A stretch of DNA of 64,000 nt, taken from contig CAWGMA010000003.1 of assembly GCA_963823555.1 (NCBI GenBank), forward strand, positions 788,214-852,213. The letters run 5' to 3'. Origin of the DNA: Candidatus Eiseniibacteriota bacterium (lineage in GTDB: Bacteria > Eisenbacteria > RBG-16-71-46 > CAVPCR01). The notes beneath the pieces were generated by a model. That model saw only the letters and a program-made list of their open reading frames with translations. It was not told where the DNA came from and did not search any database. The first letter of the stretch is position 1. The number at the start of each line of letters is the position of its first letter. Below are positions 38,974 through 48,300 of this stretch, piece after piece. The position numbers were made by a program, and so were the translations under genes.

Positions 38974-40626
38974 ATGGACATCACGAACGAGTCGACAGAA
39001 CCGCCACGACGGCGGGTGGAAAGAGGCCCAGCCCTTTCGACCATCGCCGTGCTCGGTGCGCTACTTCTTTACGTCATCGGTCGCGTCGTGTCCTCATGGC
39101 GCTACTTTGACCGCCTCCTTGGCGACGATGGTTGGGTTTTTCGCGTGGCCCAGCGAGTTGCCGAAGGAGACCTCCTCTACCGTGACGTTGCGTGGAGCTA
39201 CGGTCCGGTTCCCATCTATGCCCTGGCCGCACTCCTTCGTCTAGTGCCCACGGTCGTGTGGTTCCATCTCGTTGACATCCTGCTCTGCGTACTCGCGATC
39301 GCGGCGGTCCAGTGGTCGGGCCGGATTCTCGTTGGTCGGGGAGTTGCCCTCGCCGTGACGGCATGGGCCGCCGTGCTCGGAAGCTCGGGCGGACTGATCA
39401 GTCACCAGCTCGACGCCTACACGGTCCCCGTGGCCTGGGGTACGGCCGCCTCGTTGGCAACGGTCGCAGCCGCGTGCAGCTGGCTGCACGCGGGTTCGCG
39501 GCGGGCGCTGATCGCCGCCTGTGTGCTCGCCATTCTCGCCGTGCTCTCCAAGCCTGAATATGGACTGGCTGCACTCTGTGTTCTCGCGACTTCGGTCTGG
39601 CTGCGTCGTCCATCGAGACGTTTCATCACGATCGCCTTCGGTCTTGCCGCTGCGTTCATTGTGGTCGTCCTGCTACGGGTGGAGCCGAGCACTATTGCTG
39701 CAGCATGGCGCGGATACACGGGGTACGACCTGATCGCCGTCGGGTCGGTTCCCGTCGTCGCGCGTGAGAGGATGCTCGGCTCCCTCCTGGTGTCGATTGT
39801 CGTGGTCCCGGTTCTCTGGTGGACCTCGAGGCTCCACTCTTTCGTACTGGTGGGCTCCGTCCTCCTTCTCTTTCTACTGATCATGTGGATCAAGGAGGGC
39901 GGCGGGTTCCTGCATGCGACGAGCATCGTCGCAGAAGTCTCCTGGCTTGGCTTCCTTCCGTTGCTTCTCTGGATCGGATGGACAGCTCGCGGAGCCCAGG
40001 TCTCTGCGGGGCTCTGGGTTCTCTGGATCTACTGCATCACCGTCAGCCTCCGTTGGTTCCTGCTCGGCTCGTTCACGCCCGCGGCAGCCGGCCCCATGGG
40101 CCTGCTCATGTGCATGCTCGTGAAGGAGCGCGTCCTGCCCGGACCCACGCCCGCGGGGTGGATCGCGCTCGCGACCTTCCTCTCGTTCTCGTCCGTGGAG
40201 TCCGAGCTGAGTTCCCTGCGAAGGCCGACGTTGCTCGAGGATGTGAAGACCACGCTTGGGACCGTTCGCTTGCCCGCGTCGATCTCCGGAGACATCGAGT
40301 CCATTCGAATCGACCTCGACGCCGCACCACCGGGAGGTCTCTTCGTAGCAGGGGGGGGGCCGGGTTGGTATCTCTTGAGCGATCGCCAGAACCCCACTCG
40401 GTTCGACGTCCTCTTTGCTGGCATCGGCACCACGGAACCCGAGGCCGCACAGATCCTCGATGATCTGCGGGTCAACCCTCCGGCCGTGGTGATCTTCGAG
40501 CGGGATTTCCACGCCACGCAAACCCTGTCACCCGAGAGGATCTGGAATGCCATCGGAGAGTCCGGAGCCGCCCGCGTCGGTTCCTCCGATGGACGCTGGA
40601 CGTTTTGGCACGTCGATCGGCAGTGA
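38974..40626 (+). CDS. Multi-pass membrane protein, possibly GT-C type glycosyltransferase-like
   Basis: About 12 hydrophobic segments; DDG...G.LLYRDV...YGP and K.EYG patterns; soluble C-terminal domain. Confidence 0.65.
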   Translation: MDITNESTEPPRRRVERGPALSTIAVLGALLLYVIGRVVSSWRYFDRLLGDDGWVFRVAQRVAEGDLLYRDVAWSYGPVPIYALAALLRLVPTVVWFHLVDILLCVLAIAAVQWSGRILVGRGVALAVTAWAAVLGSSGGLISHQLDAYTVPVAWGTAASLATVAAACSWLHAGSRRALIAACVLAILAVLSKPEYGLAALCVLATSVWLRRPSRRFITIAFGLAAAFIVVVLLRVEPSTIAAAWRGYTGYDLIAVGSVPVVARERMLGSLLVSIVVVPVLWWTSRLHSFVLVGSVLLLFLLIMWIKEGGGFLHATSIVAEVSWLGFLPLLLWIGWTARGAQVSAGLWVLWIYCITVSLRWFLLGSFTPAAAGPMGLLMCMLVKERVLPGPTPAGWIALATFLSFSSVESELSSLRRPTLLEDVKTTLGTVRLPASISGDIESIRIDLDAAPPGGLFVAGGGPGWYLLSDRQNPTRFDVLFAGIGTTEPEAAQILDDLRVNPPAVVIFERDFHATQTLSPERIWNAIGESGAARVGSSDGRWTFWHVDRQ

Positions 40627-40719
40627 TGCGAGCGCGACTTCGCACGCTCGAGATCGACGACTCCGGCCGGGCGAATCCATCTCTGCCACGGATTCGGCCA
40701 CCGAGGCGGGGCGCGCCGA

Positions 40720-41293
40720 GTGTCTGGTGGACCAGTGCGGCGGGGGCGTTCGGAGCCGTGGATGCGGCTCGGGATCCGGCACGCCGTCGATTGGGGCCAG
40801 CTCACCCCATGCCTCGACGAGCGCGCCACCGGCGTCGGCGCGAGAGGCCGGCCGGTGAAGGAGCCGCGAGGCGGGGGCGGCGTCCTACGACGTGAAGCAG
40901 CACGGCGTTTCCGACGTCGACCTTGGTCCGTCTTTTCTTGGGGGGGACGCTCACCGCCGGCATCAGCGTGCCGAAGGACTGCGCGCTGGACGAGATGGAG
41001 CGGTCATCCCGATCATCTACGTCCGCGCCCGAGGGTGCTTCCACCACTCTCCGCCAGCGTCAACGCAGGCTACAGAAGTGACCACGGCGTTGGCGGTGAG
41101 CGGATGTGGCGTGGACCAGACCCCGTGAAATGTCCTTGTCGAGCTTCCGTCGCCGGATTCTCGAGGGGAGCTCGGCATGATCCGTGCTCCCTTCGTCTGA
41201 TGTAGGACTCTTGCGCAGCGGACGCGAGTGGTAGTCCGTCTGGATGCCGTCGATGATGAAGACATGAGCCGATGCCTACCGCCTGACGCGCTG
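40720..41293 (+). pseudogene. Heavily decayed queC-like (7-cyano-7-deazaguanine synthase) remnant
   Basis: Colinear QueC-like motifs across frames: VSGG, DWGQ, DVDL, GTLTAGISVPKD, IPIIYVRAR, PDSR, IRAPFV*, RCLPPD. Confidence 0.55.
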
Positions 41294-41389
41294 TGAGCGA
41301 GTGGGGGCGCTTGCTCGAGGCGGGGGATGGTTGGCTGGGGCACGTGTTTTCTAGAGAGCGGACGCGACGATATCCTGCCGGCGGACCTC

Positions 41390-41645
41390 GCCACGAACGC
41401 GTTTGCAGGGCGATGACGGAGGCCGGACGAGGGCGAGGTGACCCGGCTCCCCGTGGTGGAACGGCGCAGCGGGGCGATCAGAGGAGAGGATTCGGCGGAT
41501 GGAGGAACGCGTTTGCAGGGGTGGCGTCCAGCCCGCGTAAGAGCGACCGCGTGTGCCTGGGCGGTTGCGGGTCGGGCCACGAACGCGTTTGCAGCGAGGG
41601 GGGGCGGGCATGCGCAGTTAGCATCGCGAACGCGCTTGCGCCAGG
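41390..41645 (+). repeat. Cluster of short direct repeats, core GAACGCGTTTGCAG
   Basis: Exact cores at 41395, 41505 and 41581; degenerate copies at 41545 and 41628. Confidence 0.8.
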
Positions 41646-41770
41646 ATATCTACTTCGACAACAACGTTGCTCTGCGAGCAAACCCTGGCCATGGCAATGT
41701 ACCCCTGCGTGTCGGGAGATCCGGAGCACGAGAGTGCAATCCTGGTTCTCTTTCGAGGGGGCGCGCTCTC

Positions 41771-41826
41771 GGGCCGCGCGTCCCCCGCGGCCGGGCGGAT
41801 ACTGGGGGATTCCGCGGCGGTGCTGG
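41771..41826 (+). repeat. 56-bp imperfect direct repeat of hemG-internal sequence 49132-49187
   Basis: Manual alignment gives 51/56 identity (42/44 over 41783-41826). Confidence 0.85.
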
Positions 41827-41867
41827 CGACGTAGGAGAAATGCACCGAACACGGGCGGCGTACCACA

Positions 41868-42160
41868 TCACCGGACCAGGGTCAGGCGGCGGAGGATCGT
41901 GGTTCCCGCCTTGGGATCGAAGATCAGCGCGAGGGGAACCATCGCGGTGATGCAGCGGGGACAGCGCAGAGCGTCGATGTAACACCCGGAGCAGCAACTG
42001 CGCCCAGGGAAGTGACCGCTGGCGGGGGGGTGTCGGCTCCTCCGCGGGTGCGGTCGCTCTCTTCCCGGACTCGGGTTCGCTGGCCGGCTGACCGCCGGTG
42101 TCGGGCATGGCCCCCCAGCGCCCTCGCCGCCGGGTGCCCCGGCGCGAGCGGTCTCATCCA
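41868..42160 (-). mobile_element. IS91-like transposase C-terminal remnant (frameshifted)
   Basis: PWAQLLLRV / YIDALRCPRC..AM...A.I.DP.....ILRRL, resembling the C-terminal Zn-finger tail of IS91-like transposases; upstream boundary approximate. Confidence 0.65.
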
Positions 42161-42295
42161 AGAACTGACCCACACGCTCGCGGCCTCGCAGCCCCAATCT
42201 CTCCATTCCGCCCAGGTCAGCAGCCAGTCACAACCGCGCTACAGGGTTTTCGGGACAGACAGACGGAGGACGAATGGTCTTGTTCTGAATCTCTG

Positions 42296-42324
42296 TTGCA
42301 GCGCGAGTCTGCACCGCATACAAT
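42296..42324 (+). promoter_or_regulatory. Putative sigma70 promoter TTGCAG-N17-TACAAT
   Basis: Near-consensus hexamers with 17-nt spacer, about 265 nt upstream of ATG 42589. Confidence 0.55.
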
Positions 42325-42588
42325 ACAGCTCATTCCTGAGACCATCCCCCGGTTCGCCGGGTGAAGTTGAGAGTTCCTTCCCTCAACACTGATAGGAGTC
42401 GAGTGAAGAGACTCTGGTTCCGATGCCGAGACTGTTGTCCACTTTTCCTGGGAATTCCGATCTCCCGGAAGAATCCGGCCGCCGCATCTGCGACGAGGTC
42501 GCGAAACAACTCCCTACTCGTTCACGGAGTTCTCCGGAGAACCTGGGATGGTTCAAGTCGAATTGGCGAATACTGGAGGTAACCTGAG

Positions 42589-43845
42589 ATGGCTACGCGC
42601 GGACACGCATCTGTATTTCGAGTAACTTGGCTTGCGCTTGCCCTCGGGTGGGTCTTGCCCGCAGCCAGCATCGAGTTTAGTCAGCCAGAGTTATTCGAGG
42701 CCGACACGCTCGCCGTAATCCCGCCTGGTAGACTGCCGACAAGTCTAGCCATCCCCGGTCCAAATCACGTCGGGTACCCCAAGTCCCTCTACATAACGAC
42801 GCGAGCCGGCACACCGAACACAGGATTGCTCCATGTGCTCGCAGACGGGTCCCTCTCCCAATTCGGAACTGCTACTCATGATGATCTCAGATTGACTTTC
42901 GGTGAGGGCGGGTTTGGGGATCTTCTATACGGCGCGGATGGGTCCTGGCCCCAGAGTCATACGGATGGCGTCTACAAGATTCTGCAGGATGGAACGCCGG
43001 TTCTGTTCAGCTCACTTGGTGGCGACAACCCCGATGTCACGGACATTCTTTTCGGCGCAGGAAGTTCCTTTGGCGACTTCCTCTATGTGGCCTCGTGGAA
43101 TGCAGGGCCGGGGGGTTCCAGCTATGACTATGCCATATCAAGACTCGACACATCAGGTGCCTTTGCAGGGCAGCTCGTCTACAACGCGAGCGGACCCCTT
43201 TTCATGGCTAGGAGCACCGAGCCGTCGTTCGGCGATTTCATCTACTACTCCGTGTACTCGACTGGCATTTTCCGCGTCACCGCCGATGGCACGAACTCGC
43301 TCTTCGCCACGATTCCGACGACCACAGGTGCTCCCCTGGCATTCAGTCTCGGAGGTGCCTTCGGGAACTACCTCTACACGGGCGGCTACCCAGTGCCGGG
43401 GGCCATGTTCCGGGTGGCTCCGGACGGTACGGTGGCGGAATTCGCGACTGATGTGTATGTCTCAGATCTGACGTTCGACCCTTCCTCCACCGACTTGCTC
43501 GTCACGGACTCTCTCCGAGGTCTCGTTCTGCGCATCAAGCCAAGGGAACAAACAGGAGTGTCTGAAGCGTCCCTCGATGGTCCGCCCGCCGTTGATATTG
43601 TCCTATCGTCAGGCAATGTCGTAATGATCAGCGTGAACCTGAAAACCCCTGAGCATCTTCGAATTGGAATCTTCGATTCCAGCGGACGTCGCATTGGGGC
43701 ACTGCCTGATGAAGACGCATCAGTCGGCGACCACACGTATCGGTGGGAGTTCCCTACGGGAGGTCACATGGCTTCCGGAGTCTACTTCGTGAACGTCGCG
43801 ACTTCGGAGTGGAAGATAAGCAGGAAACTCGTGGTCCTTAGGTAG
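42589..43845 (+). CDS. Secreted beta-propeller-like protein with C-terminal FlgD-Ig/T9SS-like domain
   Basis: Signal peptide; repeated FGxxLY...xxDGT blades; C-terminal FDSSGRRI...SGVYF...KLVVLR; visibly lower GC. Confidence 0.8.
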   Translation: MATRGHASVFRVTWLALALGWVLPAASIEFSQPELFEADTLAVIPPGRLPTSLAIPGPNHVGYPKSLYITTRAGTPNTGLLHVLADGSLSQFGTATHDDLRLTFGEGGFGDLLYGADGSWPQSHTDGVYKILQDGTPVLFSSLGGDNPDVTDILFGAGSSFGDFLYVASWNAGPGGSSYDYAISRLDTSGAFAGQLVYNASGPLFMARSTEPSFGDFIYYSVYSTGIFRVTADGTNSLFATIPTTTGAPLAFSLGGAFGNYLYTGGYPVPGAMFRVAPDGTVAEFATDVYVSDLTFDPSSTDLLVTDSLRGLVLRIKPREQTGVSEASLDGPPAVDIVLSSGNVVMISVNLKTPEHLRIGIFDSSGRRIGALPDEDASVGDHTYRWEFPTGGHMASGVYFVNVATSEWKISRKLVVLR

Positions 43846-43909
43846 ATCACGAGGCCTTTCACTTGGCACGGACCCTGTCGGCACGCCTTGGCCTGGCCCG
43901 GGCAGCCGC

Positions 43910-44518
43910 TCACTGGCATGCTGCGGCGCGCTCGCCTGCGGGCTCGGTGCCATCTCGCTCCGTGACCGTGAAGACCTCCCACCCGGAGACCGTGCCCATC
44001 TCTCCCGGGGCGTTGTCCACGATCGAGAGATACCAGTCGCCGCAGGCCTCGAGCCCCGTGAACACGTCGAACGTCGCGGTCTCGCCGCAATCCCGCCATC
44101 CCCGGTCCATGAAGTAGTAGGTGCCGGCGAGCTCGATGGGGCAAGCCCACGACTCGGTGCCCGTGCAGGGTCTCTGCCGCGCCAGGTAGATCTCCACCGG
44201 ACATCCGGCGTCGGGGGTGCCGTCATGATCGGCATCGTACTCGAGCATCATGGTGACGTCCGCCGTGTTGGGATGCGTCAGCGAGATCGCCAGCACGACG
44301 TCTTCGAGTAGGCCCTGACTGCGGGTCGAGAGCGGCCCCAACCTGACGCCTCTGGGGTCGTTGTCGGGAATGGCGACCGGGTGGTCGGAAACAGCCTTCT
44401 CGTGGTCATCCAGGCAAGCCTCGGACGTACGGGACGGATGCATCGCATGAGCCGGGACAGCGGCCAGGGATGCGAGGACCAGAACGACTGTCATGGGGTT
44501 TCGATGCATACAGCGCAT
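43910..44518 (-). CDS. Secreted proprotein convertase P-domain protein
   Basis: IPDND..G, LTHP...DV...L, F.G....GDW.L.I.D...G..G.V.GW; AGGAG RBS. Confidence 0.75.
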   Translation of the reverse strand: MRCMHRNPMTVVLVLASLAAVPAHAMHPSRTSEACLDDHEKAVSDHPVAIPDNDPRGVRLGPLSTRSQGLLEDVVLAISLTHPNTADVTMMLEYDADHDGTPDAGCPVEIYLARQRPCTGTESWACPIELAGTYYFMDRGWRDCGETATFDVFTGLEACGDWYLSIVDNAPGEMGTVSGWEVFTVTERDGTEPAGERAAACQ

Positions 44519-44722
44519 GGCTCCATCTCCTGTCTCAGTTTCTTGTAACACAGTGACTTAGGAAGTCCCCTCACCTTGCCTCCTCATCCTTCATGCGGAG
44601 AATCCTGGTGGGAAGCGCCACGATTGTTATACTGGGCGGGTACTCGGCCAGCGCTCCTTGAAGCGGGCGCTGGCAAGGCGGAGCCCGTTCCTCCGCCGTC
44701 CCGCCGTCCCGGTGTCCCGACC

Positions 44723-45304
44723 ATGGCCAACTCGATGTCCCGCGAGCCGCCTGACATCACGCTTCTCCTGGAAGCGCTGGCTTCCGAGAAGGCAGATCCG
44801 CGCGCATTCGAGCAGCTCTTCGCGCGCGTTCATCGCGAGCTGCGACAGATGGCCGCGGATCTGATGCAGCGCGAGCGGCCGGGACACACGCTGCAGCCGA
44901 CCGCTCTGGTCCACGAAGCCTACATTCGGCTGGTCGACTCGTCGCACGTGAAGTGGGAGAGCCGGGCCCACTTCTTCGGGATCGCGGCGCGCGCCATGCG
45001 TCAGATCCTCGTCGATCACGCGCGAGCCAGAGCGGCCGAGAAGCGGGGTGGTGACTGGCGTCGCATCACTCTCGACGAGCACATCGAAGCGTTTGCCTCG
45101 GCGGAGATCGATCCTTTCGAGCTCGATGACGCCCTGTTGCGCCTCGCCGAACTCGACGAGCGCATGGCCCAGATCGTCGAGCTGCGCTTCTTCGGGGATC
45201 TGACCGAGGAGGAGATCGCCCACTTCCTCGGCGTCTCGCGGCGGACCGTACAACGCGAATGGTGGATGGCCAGGCTGTGGCTGCGACGCGAGCTCGGGGG
45301 CTAG
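44723..45304 (+). CDS. ECF sigma factor of the kinase-associated (ECF43/TIGR02999-like) type
   Basis: HTLQPTALVHEAY, HFF..AARAMRQILVD.AR...A.KRGG, ELRFF..LT.EEIA..LGVS. Confidence 0.9.
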   Translation: MANSMSREPPDITLLLEALASEKADPRAFEQLFARVHRELRQMAADLMQRERPGHTLQPTALVHEAYIRLVDSSHVKWESRAHFFGIAARAMRQILVDHARARAAEKRGGDWRRITLDEHIEAFASAEIDPFELDDALLRLAELDERMAQIVELRFFGDLTEEEIAHFLGVSRRTVQREWWMARLWLRRELGG

Positions 45305-45316
45305 GGGCGGACCGGC

Positions 45317-48300
45317 ATGGACCCGGAGCGTTTCGCGCGCATCAAGCGGCTGTTGCTCGATGCCCAGGAGCTGGGCCCCGCTGAGCGCGCCGCCTTCCTG
45401 GATGAGGCGTGTGCCGGCGATCCGGGGCTCAGGGGCGAGATCGAGTCCATCCTGGCATACGAACACGGCTCCCTTGCCCTGGGCCGCCCGTCGGGGACCC
45501 GCGTTCCACTCCGCGCCGCTCAGGATCCCCCAGCCGCCGGCAGCTCGGACCTCCCGCGGCGGATCCAGCATTACGAGGTGCGGGCGGAGCTCGGGCGCGG
45601 CGGCATGGGAGTGGTCTACCGGGCGTGGGACCCCGATCTCGAGCGCGAGGTCGCACTCAAGGTCCTGCCGGCGCAGTGGGCTGCGCATCCCGACCGGGTG
45701 ACCCGCTTCGCGGCCGAGGCGCGTCTCCTGGCATCGATCAATCACCCCAACATCGCCCGCATTCTCACCATCGAGCAGGATGGCGACATCCCGTTCCTGA
45801 GCATGGAGCTGGTCGCGGGACGGAGCCTCGAGGCGATGATCGCGGAGGGTCCGCTCTCGCTCGAGATTGCGCTGACCATCGCTCGGCAGGTCGCCTCGGC
45901 TCTCGAAGCGGCCCACTCGCGGGGCGTCATTCATCGCGATGTGAAGCCGCTCAACGTGATGGTCACTACCGCCGGGCGCGTGAAGGTGCTCGATTTCGGC
46001 ATTGCCAAGGCGTTGTGGGGCGAGGAGGCATGGGCGCGCTCGGCCCCGGGTGCGGAGGCTCCGGCATGGGATCTGGCGGGACTGGGATCCGGCATCATCG
46101 GCACCCCGGGGTACATGAGCCCCGAGCAGGTAACCGGAGAAGCGGTGAGCGCGCGCACTGATGTCTGGGCCATCGGGTGTCTTCTGTTCGCGTGTCTCGT
46201 TGGCGAACCGCCCTTCGCCGGCGAGTCGGTCTCAGACATCCTGCGGGCGACGGTCGGCGCCGACGCTCCCCTCGATCGGTTGCCGAGATCGACTCCATCA
46301 GAACTCGTCGAGATGATCCGGCGCTGCCTCGAGCGGGATCCCATCCGTCGACCGGGCACTATGTCGGCCGTGCGGCGCGCCGTGATCGAGGCCATGGAGA
46401 GCCTCGAGCTCGACCACCTGGTCGCCGGGGATTCGATCGGTTCGACGCCGACCAACCTGCCGCGCCGGCTCACGACCTTCATCGGGCGCAAGCACGAGAT
46501 CGAGGAGGTCGGCGCTCTCATGGACCGACACCAGCTGGTCACGCTGGTCGGCGTCGGCGGGTGCGGCAAGACCCGGCTCTCGCTCGAAGTCGCCGGGGCG
46601 CACATGAGGGATTACCCCGACGGCGTTTGGCAGGTCGAGCTGGTCGCGCTCAGGGCTCCTTCGTTCGTTTCCCAGGCGGTGATGTCGGCCCTCGGCGTGG
46701 AGCAGCGGTCGGGGAACACAGTCGTCGAGACCGTGGTGGCGCACCTCCGAGACAAGCGCTCGTTGCTCATCCTCGACAACTGCGAGCACGTGCTCGACGG
46801 ATGCATCGCGCTGATCGCGGAAGTGCTGTTGGGGGCACCCCACCTGCGCATCCTCGCCACCAGCCGGGAGCGCCTGGGCTTGGACGGGGAACAGGTCTAC
46901 GCGGTGCCGCCGCTATCGATCGAGAATGCGGATGATGCTGGGCAGGACGCCGGCGGCGATGCGATCGAGCTCTTCCTCGCCCGCGCGCGGAGCGCGAATG
47001 CGTCGTTCCAGGTCGAGGGTCCGAGGCGGGCGCTGGTCGCCAGGATCTGTCGTCGCCTCGATGGCTTGCCCCTGGCACTGGAGCTGGCGGCCGCCCGCAT
47101 CCAGTCGATGTCGCTCGAGGATCTTGCACTCGGCCTCGAGGAAGGGTCCGGCATGCTGGCCGGAGGTGATCGGGCCATCGTTCCCCGGCATCAGACCCTC
47201 AAGCGGGTGATCGACTGGAGCCACGATCATCTGGAGACGAGCGCCCGGCAAGTGCTCCGGCGGATGTCGGTGTTCGCGGGCGGGTGCACGCTCGAAGCTG
47301 CAGAGGCCGTATGTCGGGGAGAGACCGTCGAGGAATGGGAGCTTCTCGACGTCCTCACCACGCTCGTCGACAAGTCGCTCATCGAGCGGGGGATCGAGGA
47401 CGGGGAGAGCGGTGCTCGAGTGCGCTTCCGGATGCTCGAGACGGTGCGCGAATACGCCCGCGAGCGCCTCGCCGAGGCGGGGGAAGTGGCGGCAGTGCAG
47501 GAACGCCATCGCGACCACTTCCTCGCTTTGGCGGAACTGGCAGGAGCAAGGCTGCGGGGAGCGGAGACACAGCGATGGATTAGGCGTCTCGACATCGAGC
47601 AGGCGAACATCATGGCGGCGCTCGAATGGAAGGGCGGAGATGACGGGGGGCAGAAGGCGCTACGTCTCGCGGCTTCGATCTGGCGGTACTGGAATGGGCA
47701 GGGCTACCTGTCCCTGGGGCGGGAAGTTCTCACCGGAGTGTTAGCGCTCGATGCCGGGAAGCACGCGTCGATTCCTCGTGGCGTGGTGCTGCACACGGTC
47801 GGTGCCCTGGCGCTGGCACAGGGTGATCAGGAAGCGGCCCGGAAGTTCTTCGCGGACAGTCTGGCGATGCACCGGCAGCTCGGCGATCGGGCAGGCATGG
47901 CGACCGTGATCGCCAGCGAAGGAAGTCTGGAGCAGCTTCAGGGTGATCTGGTCCGGGCGCGGGCGCTCTTCGAGGAGAGCCTGCGCTTGCGGCGCGAGGT
48001 GGGGGATCGTCAAGGGATCGCGGGGTCGCTCGGCCTACTGGGGAGATTGGCATTCGCTCAAGGGGATTTTGCAGCGGCCGAACGATTCCACGAGGAGAGC
48101 CTGGGGCTGCGCAGGGAGATCGCGGACATCGGCGGAATTGCATCCTCTCTGGGCAACCTGGCGAACGTCAAGTTCGGGCAGGGAAAGTACCAGGAGGGGA
48201 CTGGCTTGCTCGAGGAGAGCCTTGTCATGAGCCGGCAAGTGGGGGATCGGCGTGGGATCGCCGCCCTGCTCAACAACCTGGGCACGCTCAAGTATATGCT

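Noticed and set aside
41390..41645. CRISPR array interpretation of the GAACGCGTTTGC repeats
   Set aside because: Repeats are only 14-19 nt, spacing is irregular (36-110 nt), and there are no cas genes in the window
41293..41982. 229-aa and neighbouring ORFs in the 40.6-42.5 kb region
   Set aside because: R/G/P-rich with no motifs; the region is better explained by pseudogene remnants and repeats
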